From NCBI RefSeq assembly GCF_006345805.1, contig NC_043025.1, forward strand, positions 8,370,001 through 8,434,000: a stretch of 64,000 nucleotides of DNA, written 5' to 3'. Position numbers and translations under genes: made by a program. Each line of letters opens with the position of its first letter. The stretch's first letter is position 1. Source of the DNA: Octopus sinensis (lineage: Eukaryota). Below the pieces are notes generated by a model. It saw only the letters and a list, made by a program, of their open reading frames with translations, made no database searches and was not told where the DNA came from. Shown in pieces: positions 52,787 through 62,757 of the stretch.

Positions 52787-55700
52787 TGATAGTGTTGATG
52801 GGAGTCTGGAGAGAAAAAAAGTCCAAAAGTAAATAAAAAGAAAGTGTTTGGTAGATTAATGTTAACTTGTGGCTGATATGTATTTCCAAAATCTCAACAG
52901 GTACTTGTGGTAGTGGCAGAATTTTGTAAAGAGCTCTGATCTACATCAATATCATCATAATTATCATTTAACATCTGTTTTTTATGCTGGCAAGAGCTAG
53001 ATGGTTTGACAGAGAATAGCCAGCCAGAGAGCTGCCCAGGCTACTGTTGTCTGTTTTGGTAGGGTTTCTATGGCTGGATCCCCTTCCTAATGTCAACCAC
53101 TTTACAGAGTGTACTAGCTACTTTTTATGTGACACTGGTCTGGGTGCCTTTTACATGGTGCCAGCATGTGTGCTAATCACTTTGCACTGGCATGAGTGCT
53201 TACACGTTCATCATAATCATTTAACATCTGCTTTCCATGCTAGCATGGGTTGGACGGTTCAACTGGGGTCTGGGAAGCCAGAAGGCTGCACCAGGCCCAG
53301 TCTGATCTGGCAGTGTTTCTACGGCTGGATGCCCTTCCTAACACCAACCACTCTGTGAGTGTAGTGGGTGCTTTTTACGTGCCACCGGCACAGGTGCCAG
53401 ACGGGGCTGGCAAACGGCCATGGTCGGATGGTGCTTTTTACGTGACACTGGCACGGGGGCCAGGCGAGGCTGACAACGGCCACGATCGGATGGTGTTCTT
53501 TATGTGCCACCGGCACGGGGTCCAGGCAAGGCTGGCAACGGCCACGATCGGATGGTGCCTTTTACGTGCCACCGGCACGGGGGCCAGGCCAGGCTGGCAA
53601 CTTGTGTTCAGATAATTATCAGAATGGTTGATGTTAGAAAATTACTATTTTAAAATCTCACAGCAAGAGATATTCAGCAACAGTACTGTGTAGTATAGAT
53701 TGTTTGCCAACATAACATGGCAATCCTGGTTTAGGACAAATGTTGCTGTAATTTAGCCCCAGGAGACAGTCTCCTGCTAGCTATACGACACGATCTGTGT
53801 CCTATTTTCGAACAAGGGAATCTAGCACCCCTACTCAGCTCAAAACAATATCTGTGTATTGCGATTTCCAATATTATTTTGAGTTGAGTGGGGATAGTGT
53901 TTTGAGCTTAGTGGAGGTGCTAGATTCTCTTGTTTGAAAATATAAGGACACAGATCATGTCATATATATCCAGCTGGAGATGATGTCTCCTGGGGCTAAA
54001 TTACAGTAACATTCTTCCTAGACCGGAATTGCCATGTTATGTTGCCAATCAATCTTTATTACATGGTTGATGTTATTTATGATTAGCCTTTTCTCAGCTG
54101 TGCATAATTTACATGTTTTAGAACCATTCATGCATAAGTTTGCCTTTTCGGGTTTTCCACTTCATTTCAAAGTCATCATCCTGGGCCTACGTCATCCACC
54201 GAATTATTGCATTCGGGAGGGTGAAGTGAGGATGACATCAGGACTCGTGAGTTGCTTCTGTACAAAGATTCTGAAGATTCTGAGGTATCCTCAGTCCAGT
54301 CCCCAATCCCAAAAATGCTGTAAAACAGCAAAGAAAAAGGGTTACTTTTCTTCCCCAATATCATTTTTGTGTTCTTTAACCCTTTAGCATTTAAACCAGC
54401 CATATCTGGCCAAAATGTTCAAACTGGCTAGAACTGGCCTCTCACACCAACCCTACAATATCATTCTAAAAGTTAATATTGGGTCATCCCATAAATAATG
54501 CGTTTTTTTTTATACTTCTTTTATTTTTCAAAATTAAAATAAAGTTCTTTTTTAATCTGAAATATACTCCCCTTCATTTTCTACAATACTCTTCCATCTC
54601 TCTGGTAGACTTGCAAGGCCCCTCTTCTAAAATTCACTTGTTCATGACGAAAAATACTTCGTCTTCAGAATTCATATTTTTTTCTGTCCAAGTAATTTTG
54701 AAGACTGATAATTGATAATCAGATGGGGCAGTGTCTGGCAAATATGGTGGGTGGGGGCATTGTTTCCCATTCAAACGGACGAGGCTGGCAAACGGCCACG
54801 ATCGGATGGTGCTCTTTACGTGCCACCGGCACGGGGGCCAGACGAGGCTGGCAAACGGCCACGATCGGATGGTGCTTTTTACGTGCCACCGGCACGGGGG
54901 CCAGATGAGGCTGGCAAACGGCCACGATCGGATGGTGCTTTTTACGTGCCACCGGCACGGGGGCCAGATGAGGCTGGCAAACGGCCATGATCGGATGGTG
55001 CTTTTTACATGCCACCGGCACTGCATTAATATTTTTAGCTCTTTCCATTGCGTTGTTGCCTTTATTGAACTCTTAAAGCAAAATATGCCAAATATGCTCC
55101 TTTGTCACTTCCATTATAGCTTTGAAAAAAACAAATGTTAAAATCGAACTGCACTCTTCAAAGCTTGCACTAAGAATAAGGACAAGGTAAAATTACTACC
55201 TGCTTTTATTGCAAGTTAATGCAGGTAGGTTATCCTGTCTCCCTCCGACTTTTAGTTCATGCAATTGAAAAAGAAACTGCATTATTTATGGGATGACCCA
55301 ACAGTTACCTCATCAAAATTTCAAAGCTACAAGATAATGTATAATGAATTCATATCAATGTGAATAAATAAGAATTGCTTTTGCAAGAATGATGCAAATT
55401 CTAAAGTGTTAATGTATTAATTACTCCATCTTCTTTCCATAATCAACAATAATCACCAAAGGTCACTTCAAATTCCAATAATTGCATTGACTCTTTCCCT
55501 CATCGACAGGTTCCCAGATGATTATGTCAATGAAAATTATCTCATTAGCATTTGATGTCAGTGACCCTGCTGTCAGCTTTCTCCCGGACATCTGGCAGTA
55601 CCACGGTTATGTGTTCAACGTTGGTACCGTGATCTTTGGACCATGGATCAGTTTCCACCAGTACTGTACCATCACCCAGCAAAGTGTCAGACCAATGGTG

Positions 55701-58700
55701 AGTGTTATCTATTTAACCTTTTGTAGCCATATTTTTGTTTAAATACTCTGCTTCGTTTCAATTCATGTTGGAAATAACGAAGGATTTAGTGAAATTATTT
55801 TAGCATCATTAATCATTTTACTCTTTACTCTTTTACTTGTTTCAGTCATTTGACTGCGGCCATGCTGGAGCACCGCCTTTTTAGTCGAGCAAATCGACCC
55901 CAGGACTTATTCTTTGTAAGCCCAGTACTTATTCTATCGGTCTCTATTGCCGAACCGCTGAGTCACGGGGACGTAAACACACCAGCATCGGTTGTCAAGC
56001 AATGCCAGGGGGACAAACACAGACACACAAACACACACACGCATATATACATACACATATACATATATACAACGGGCTTCTTTCAGTTTCCGTCTACCAA
56101 ATCCACTCACAAGGCTTTGGTCGGCCCAAGGCTATAGTAGAAGACACTTGCCCAAGGTGCCACGCAGTGGGACTGAACCTGGAACCATGTGGTTGGTGAG
56201 TAAGCTACTTACCACACAGCCCCTCTTGCGCCCATTTGGTTAGAACATAGCATGAAATTTGGATGGTAGATTCACCCAGCATTGGCACAGGTGCATTTAC
56301 ACAGTACCAGCACAGGTGCATTTGTGCAGCACTAGCACAGGTGCATTTACGTAGCACCGACACAGGTGTGTTTACCAGCATTGGCACAGATGCATTTGTG
56401 CAGCACTAGCACAGGTGCGTTTACGCAGCACTGACACAGGTGCATTTGTGCAGCAGCGGCACAGGTGCATTTATCCAGCATTGGCACAGGTGCATTTACA
56501 CAGTACCAGCACAGGTGCATTCATGCAGCACTGATACAGGTGCATTTTACATGGCACCAGCACCTGTAACGGGCAAGCCTGTATGTATGGATTGCATGAT
56601 CTTACATAGTTTGACAGGTCTCTTCAAGTGCAGCAAATTGCCACAACACCTGGCCCCTTGTCAGTTCCTCAGTAAGGCCCAGCAGGATTAAAAAAATAAA
56701 GCATGACCCCAAAAAATAAATAAACCAGGGGTTTAATATGCTAGGTGGGCAGTGAGACAAAGAGATGGGTAGATGGATAGGTGAATATTTGAGTGGGTAT
56801 ATAAAAAGGTGGATGGAGTGAGAGGCAGATATATGGATGGGTCAGAAAGAGTGAGAGAGAAAGAGACAGAAAGAGTGAGAGAGAGAGACAGACAGACAGA
56901 AAGTGCGAGAGAGAAAGAGTGAGCGAGAGACAGAAAGAGTGAGAGAGAGAGACAGAAAGAGCGAGAGAGAGAGAAAGAGTGAGAGACAGAAAGAGCAAAA
57001 GAGAGAGACAGACAGACAGAAAGTGCAAGAAAGAGAGAGAGACAGAGAGAGTGAGAGTGAGAGACAGAAAAGGCAAGAGAGAAAGAGAGAGACAGAAAGA
57101 GAAAGAGAGAGTGAGAGAGGGAGACAGAAAGAGCAAGAGAGAGAGAGAGTATCTATTAATGGGACACAAGGGGCATGAACACTTTCTCCTCATTTGATAG
57201 GACCCTAAAGACAAGGTGCCCGAGGAGTCTACCCCCCACGAGCCTTCCAAGGAATAGTGGGTGGAGAAGATGGGAGGATGGATATCATCATCATCATTTA
57301 ATATCCATTCTCCATGCTGGTATGAGTTGGACAGTTTGACAAGAGCTGCCTTGGTTCCATGTGTTTTGGCATGGTTTCTACAGCTGGGTACCCTTCCTAA
57401 TGCCAACCACTTTACAGAGTGTACTGGGTGCCTTTAATGTTTTTACATGGCACCAGCATTGTGTGTGTAGCTGTGTCCTCTTTTATCTGTGTCTTTTTCT
57501 CTTTACAGAATTTACACTGGTTGTTCAAGTTAACCAAAAGCATTCTCTCAGCTTTAATATGTTTGGTGATGTCCACTTGTGCTGTTGGCTGGCTTATACA
57601 GGACCACCACTGGAAGTAAGTAGCAGGCAAACTGAAATATTTGTGTGTGTATCCTTTGGAACTAAGCAATATCTTCTATTTTCCAGACTGGTCATTCTGG
57701 CACATCTCTCTTACCATCCTCTGGGTCAGCGCCTTTTCCATTTTGTCTCCATCTTCTCATCTTCAATTCCATTTGGAAGTGACAGACATCAATGTTTTGA
57801 AAATAAGCATAACAAGGCGCAGGAGTGGCTGTGTGGTAAGTAGCTTGTTTACCAACCACATGGTTCCAGGTTCAGTCCCACTGCGTGGCACCTTGGGCAA
57901 GTGTCTTCTACTATAGCCTCAGGCCGACCAAAGCCTTGTGAGTGGATTTGGTAGACGGAAACTGAAAGAAGCCCGTTGTATATATATATATATGTGTTTG
58001 TGTGTCTGTGTTTGTCCCTCTAACATTGCTGGACAACCGATGCTGGTGTGTTTATGTCCCCGTTACTTAGCGGTTCAGCAAAAGAGACCGATAGAATAAG
58101 TCCCGGGGTCGAGTTGCTTGATTAAAGGTGGTGCTCCAGCATGGCCACAGTCAAATGACTGAAACAAGTAAAAGAGTAAAGAGTAAGTGACAAATCTTGG
58201 GTCCATGGCTATAGCCTCAAAACCAAAGCTCAGCCTTCGCAATGGAAGATCCCCAACAAGGTTCCAGACCCATGCAATCAGGTAGTTGCTCACTACCCCA
58301 AGCAACAAGTCCAAGGGATGCTTACATCAATGGAAAGGATGCTGGATAAAGTGTGTGGTTTCAGAAGGGAACTACTTAGGAGATTAAATGACAAATTGAT
58401 ATGTGGAGGTGCATGGCTCAGTGGTTAGTGTCAGGCTCATGAGATAGTGAGTTCAATTCCCAGACTTGGCTGTGTGTTGTGTTCTTGAGCAAGACACTTT
58501 ATTTCACGTTGCTCCAGTTAACTCAGCTGTAGAAATGAGTTGCGACGTCACTAAGGCAGCGAGCTGGCAGAAACGTTAGCACGCCAGGCGAAATGCGTAG
58601 TCGTATTTCGTCTGGCATTACGATGTGAGTTCAAATTCCACCGAGGTCGACTTTACTTTTTATCCTTTTGGGATCGATTAAATAAGTACCAGTTACACGC

Positions 58701-61700
58701 TGGGGTCGATATAACCAGCTTAATCCGTTTGTCTCACCTTGTTTGTCCCCTCTATATTTAGCCCCTTGTGGGTAATAAAGAAATAGGTATTTTGTCTGCC
58801 GTTATGTTCTGAGTTCAAATTCCACCAAGGTCGACTTTACCTTTCATCCTTTTGGGGTCGATTAAATAAGTACCAGTTACGCACTGGGGTCGGTATAACC
58901 AACTTAATCCGTTTGTCTGTCCTTGTTTGTCCCCTCTGTGTTTAGCCCCTTGTGGGTAATAAACAAATAACTAGTGCCAAGCTGTATCGGCCCCTTTGCC
59001 TTTCCCTTGGATAACATCAGTGGTGTGGAAAGGGGCAGCTGGTATGCATGGGTGACTGCTGGTCTTCCATAAACAACCTTGCCTGGACTTGTGCCTCAGA
59101 GGGTAACTTTCTAAGGGCAATCCCATGGTCATACATTACCAAAGGGAGGTCTTTACCCTTGTACCCTTCATCATCATCATCATCGTTTAACGTCCGCTTT
59201 CCATGCTGGCATGGGTTGGACGGTTTGACTGAGGACTGGCGAGCCAAAAGACAGCACCAGGCTCAATCTGATCTGGCAAACTTTCTACAGCTGGATGCCC
59301 TTCTTAATGCCTACCACTCCGAGTGTGTAATGGGTGCTTTTATGTGCCACCAGCACAAGGGCCAGTCAGGTGGTTCTGGTAACGACCACGCTCGAAAGGA
59401 GTTTTTTACTTGCTACCTTCATGGGAGCTCATCCAGCGGCACTGGCAATGACCATGCTCAAATGTTGCTTTTCACGTGCCACCAGCATGTGCCAGTAAGG
59501 CGGCGCTGGCAACGATCATTCTCGGGTGGTGCTTTTTACATGCCACCAGCACAGGAGCCAATCAGCGGCCCTGGCAACGATCACGATCAGATGGTGCTTT
59601 TAAAGTTCCACTGGTATGAGTTCCAATCAAGTGGTAATGTCATCGGCCACGTCTGTGATTTTGATTTCACTTGCCTCAACAGGTCATTGCAAGCAAGGTT
59701 TATTGTCCAATGAATGAAGGGTACTCGTAAGTGGGCTGGCTATACACCACTGGCATAGGCCACGGGTTATGGTCTCACTTGGCTTGTTGGATCTTCTCCA
59801 ACACAGCATATCTCCACAAAGGTCTTGTCACCTGTCGTTGCCTTGGTAAGGCCCAATGTTCGAAGGTCATGCTTCACCACCCCATCCCAGGTTTTCCTGA
59901 GTCTACCTCTTCCACAGGTTCCCTCAACTGCTAGGATGTGACACTTTTTCACACAGCTGTCCTCATTCATTGGCAACACATGACCATACCAGTGCAGTCA
60001 TCTCTCTTGCACATCACATCTGATGCTTCTTAAATCAAACTTTTCTCTCAGGGCGCTTACACTCAGTCATGTATGCACACTGGCATTTTATCATCATCAT
60101 CGTTTAATGTCTGTTTTCCGCACTAGCACGGGTTGGACAATTCAACTGGGGTCTGGGAAGCCAGGGGTTGCACCAGGCTCCAGTCTGATCTGGCAGTGTT
60201 TCTACAGCTGGATGCCCTTCCTAACGCCAACCACTCCGCGAGTGTAGTGGGTGCTTTTTACGTGCCAGGGGAGTCTGGCAGCGGCCACGATCGGTTGGTG
60301 CTTTTAACGTGCCACCGGCACGGAAGCCAGTCAAGGCAGCACTGGCATCGCCCACGTTCGGATGGTGCTTTTTATGTGCCACTGGCTCAGGTATCACAAC
60401 TACTATTTCCATTGATATTTACTTCGATGTTCATGTACTTGACTCAATAGGTCTCCTCAAGCACAGCAGGTTGTTCTGAAATGCAAGGTACTTTGAATGG
60501 GCAGGGGCTATGCGGAACTGGTGCAGGAAGCAGCCCGGGTCTTTGCAGTCACAACATATCTCCAGAGATCTCGGTCCTTTGTCATTGCCTCTGTGAGGCC
60601 CAACGCTCTTTATATTTATATAGGAGCTTACTTTCAAATGTGGGGCCTACTTTCAAAACTGGTATAAGTGCATATTTGGATGATTTCATGATAACCCTTA
60701 AAACCCAAATCTGCAAGCTTTTTGCATAAAATTTCTATTCAGTCAAACTGGGATAGATGCCATACAGAGAGTAAGGCAAATCTTAGTCTTCCAATCAAAA
60801 TCAGATATATTCATCCTACCTTTATTACTCAAGTGGAGTGAGGTAATAGGTAGATGAACATGAGGTACTTGTATATACCTCTAGGCTATATACACACACA
60901 CACACATATATGTACATACATTTTCATCATGTTAAACAGTTAACCCCTTCACACTTTTTCCCTCTCAATCCTTTCTGTTTAAGAGCATAGGCTCGAAACG
61001 TCAAATGCTTTTCCATTCTTCCCAAGCATTAAACTAATACATCTGTTTGTTGTTCCCACACCTGTCTTCATCTTTTGTTTTCTGTAAATTTTAACTATGC
61101 GTATATCAGAGACCTTGCCTACCTGCGTAGGTAAGGTAGGCAGTGCCTATTTTAAATAAAATAGATCAATAGCCAAATTTTCCCTTTATGAAAAAATATG
61201 CACCTAATTCAATAAAATTATGAATGTTACTCTGATTACTATGCATAAAATGTAAAACATTTTTTTGTAGATTAGGTAGGCATAATTCACCCCTGCTTTT
61301 CAATCTCAGTATTTAAGCTACACAGAGTACTGCTGTAGTACACATGCTGCATACACTCCTATAACACTGTTTTCTTTACGTGTTATAAAGGCAGCAGAAG
61401 TAAATCTGCCTTCAACTCAGTCATGCATCTGTTTCGTTTATTTTTTGTGTGTTTTACTACATACAGGTCATCAATTGCCTACACTGCGTAATTACTGACA
61501 GCATGTAACTGGCATGTATATATAAATGCATGTCTACATACATATATATCTATGTGTGTGTATGTACACATTTATATATATATACACACACATACACCAT
61601 CATTGTTTAACGTCCGCTTCCCATGCTAGCAAGGTTTGGACAATTTGACTGAGGTCTGGCAAACCGGATGGCTGCACCAGGCTTCAATCTGATCTGGCAG

Positions 61701-62649
61701 AGTTTCTACAGCTTGATGCCCTTCCTAACGCCAACCTCTCCGAAAGTGTGGTGGGTGCTTTTACGTGCCAGTCAGGTGGCACTGGCAACGGCCATGCTCA
61801 AAGGGTGTTTTTTATGTGCCACCTGCGCTGGAGCCAGTCCAGCAGCACTGGCAACGACCTCACTCAAACGTTTTTTCATGTGATACTGGCACATGTGCCA
61901 GTAAGGCGATGCTGGTAACTATCACGCTCGAATAGTGCTTTTTACGTGCCACCGGCACGGAAGCCAGTGAGCTGCTCTGGCAACGGTCACGCTCGGATGG
62001 TGCTCTTAGTGCTCCACTAACACGGATGCCAGTCGATGAATTTGATTTTGATTTCACTTGCCTCAACAGGTCTTCACAAGCAGAGTTTAGTGTCCAATGA
62101 GGGAAAGGTATGCATAAGTGAGCTGGTTACACCCATGGCATAGGCCACAGGTTATGATCTCACTTGGCTTGCTGGGTCTTCTCAAGCACAGCATATTTCC
62201 AAAGGTCTCGTCACTAGTCATTGCCTTGGTAAGGCCCAATGTTCGGAGGTCATGCTTCACCACCCCATCCCAGGTCTTCCTGTGTCTACCTATTCCACAG
62301 GTTCCTTCAACTGCTAGGGTGTGACACTTTTTCACACAGCTATCCCCATCCTTCCTCGCCACATGACCATATCAGCGCAGTCGTCTCTCTTGCGCACCAC
62401 ATCTGATACTTCTTAGGCCCAACTTTTCTCTCAAGGTACTTACACTCTGTCGTGTATGAGCACTAACATTACACATCCATCAGAGCATAATTCTATGTAC
62501 TTTTTTCTTGTTTCTCTTTGCAGGTGGTTAACTGCCTACCGAGATGCTATGTCATTCAGATTTAGTCACTACTTTGTCAGTTACCTCTCTACCTTATCGC
62601 TAACTCTAAACGGACTAGGTTCCACACATGTGAACGGAGAAGTCCTCTG
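35679..62649 (+). CDS. PORCN: Protein-serine O-palmitoleoyltransferase porcupine (MBOAT family), 5' part: join(35679-35913,46014-46227,51489-51532,55510-55697,57509-57615,62524-62649); continues past the window
   Basis: All introns are GT-AG with matching phases (1,2,1,0,2,2); 914 nt = 304 codons + 2 nt. The spliced protein has porcupine hallmarks: acidic N-terminus then [61 protein letters not shown] and [22 protein letters not shown]. From memory these match human [41 protein letters not shown] and [22 protein letters not shown]. The catalytic His region is not in the window. Confidence 0.94.
36840..37121 (-). mobile_element. Fourth tRNA-head SINE family, single copy
   Basis: Minus strand GTGGAGGCACATGGCCTAGTGGTTAGAGCAGCGG...GGTTCAAATCTC head, then GCGACGGACTGGCATCCCATCCAGG body. 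Confidence 0.75.
39475..40440. repeat. CA/TA compound microsatellite
   Basis: Directly visible. Confidence 0.93.
40715..42790. repeat. Minisatellite of ~75-115-bp units with anchors CAGTGAAGACAGTAA and CAAGCAAGAAATTATCTA separated by variable CA/TA runs, about 23 copies
   Basis: Anchor motifs recur about every 80-90 bp; degenerate CA-rich tail to about 43560. Confidence 0.93.
43838..44605 (-). mobile_element. 5'-truncated RTE LINE (second 3'UTR subtype)
   Basis: ORF 44355-44591 [24 protein letters not shown]...GRGRPRKTW, followed by the same repeats and tail. Confidence 0.9.
46014..46227 (+). CDS. PORCN: PORCN coding exon 2 ([29 protein letters not shown]...VVLIIIL)
   Basis: (CT)n tract + CAG at 46011-46013, donor GTAAGT at 46228; hydrophobic transmembrane segments; phase 1 to 2. 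Confidence 0.9.
47025..47305 (+). mobile_element. RTE-like LINE ORF2 C-terminal fragment (distinct family)
   Basis: [50 protein letters not shown] has the RR..FAGH..R signature. Confidence 0.75.
48040..49290 (-). mobile_element. Non-coding retroposon-like element with an (AAT)n tail, three partial head-to-tail copies
   Basis: The block AAAGTGACACTGGGGTACAAATATACGAAGCCC...CATGCATCACAACCATATGT recurs near 48065, 48360 and 48910; two copies follow TTATTATTATTGAGTGAGA. Confidence 0.7.
49876..51310 (+). mobile_element. CR1-clade LINE 3' end (second family) with nine tandem 123-125-bp copies of the ORF2 stop region and an (ATT)n tail
   Basis: [10 protein letters not shown]...[10 protein letters not shown]...[13 protein letters not shown] motif; units start near 50077, 50200, 50323, 50445, 50568, 50693, 50818, 50943 and 51068. 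Confidence 0.88.
51489..51532 (+). CDS. PORCN: PORCN coding exon 3, 44 nt ([15 protein letters not shown])
   Basis: TTCATTAG acceptor at 51487-51488, donor GTAAGT at 51533; conserved WHKxRG motif; phase 2 to 1. Confidence 0.9.
52032..52074 (-). ncRNA. Mirror copy of the hammerhead motif on the minus strand
   Basis: Exact reverse complement of 52102-52144 inside the left arm of the inverted repeat. Confidence 0.78.
52102..52144 (+). ncRNA. Minimal type I hammerhead ribozyme motif (Penelope-like pLTR type)
   Basis: CCAC-CTGAAGA-TTGTC(GATCAA)GACAA-GAAA-C(GATT)G-TA|GTGG: stem I CCAC/GTGG, core CUGAAGA, 5-bp stem II, GAAA, 2-bp stem III, GUA triplet with predicted cleavage after 52140. Confidence 0.8.
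53708..54044. mobile_element. Palindromic MITE-like element, ~145-bp imperfect arms and ~40-bp spacer
   Basis: CAACATAACATGGCAAT...AATTTAGCCCCAGGAGACA on the left is mirrored by TGTCTCCTGGGGCTAAATT...ATTGCCATGTTATGTTG on the right. Confidence 0.78.
54479..55301 (-). mobile_element. Internally deleted mariner element with 23-bp TIRs, interrupted by an RTE 3'UTR repeat block (about 54775-55022)
   Basis: TTGGGTCATCCCATAAATAATGC at 54479-54501 and its reverse complement at 55279-55301; TA at 54477-54478. Minus strand encodes [15 protein letters not shown] (YSPDLAPSD motif) and [24 protein letters not shown]. Confidence 0.85.
55510..55697 (+). CDS. PORCN: PORCN coding exon 4 ([15 protein letters not shown]...GPWISFHQY...VRPM)
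   Basis: CAG acceptor at 55507-55509, donor GTGAGT at 55698; MBOAT MK..SLAFD and GPWISF motifs; phase 1 to 0. Confidence 0.94.
56285..56566. repeat. 25-bp minisatellite, 11 copies, core GCACAGGTGCATTT
   Basis: CAGGTG at 56288, 56313, 56338, 56363, 56412, 56437, 56462, 56487, 56512 and 56537; CAGATG at 56387. Confidence 0.92.
56820..57152. repeat. Polypurine GA/GACA compound microsatellite
   Basis: Directly visible; a similar CT-rich tract lies at 15145-15520. Confidence 0.92.
57509..57615 (+). CDS. PORCN: PORCN coding exon 5 ([36 protein letters not shown])
   Basis: CTTTACAG acceptor, donor GTAAGT at 57616; CLVxSTC motif as in porcupine; phase 0 to 2. Confidence 0.9.
59168..60606 (-). mobile_element. 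Two adjacent 5'-truncated RTE LINE copies (59168-60085 and 60090-60606)
   Basis: [28 protein letters not shown], and two (GAT)n tails on the minus strand. Confidence 0.85.
61598..62490 (-). mobile_element. 5'-truncated RTE LINE ending about 30 bp before PORCN exon 6
   Basis: [30 protein letters not shown] plus the 3'UTR and tail. Confidence 0.85.
62524..62649 (+). CDS. PORCN: PORCN coding exon 6 ([22 protein letters not shown]...EVLW)
   Basis: Pyrimidine tract + CAG at 62521-62523, donor GTATGG at 62650; conserved WLxAY...SFxFSxYF; phase 2 to 2. Confidence 0.93.
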
Positions 62650-62757
62650 GTATGGCATCACTACATTCTCAGTTTTTTTTTTTTTCTTTCATGTAAGCTG
62701 GAAGAGAGAGAGAGAGAGAGAGCTTCATTGTGTTTGTGGGAATATCATGTTGTGCCC

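Noticed and set aside
57715-57815. Minus-strand exon with a GTAAGA donor ([20 protein letters not shown])
   Set aside because: No acceptor before the adjacent SINE, no recognisable protein, and no other minus-strand exons found.
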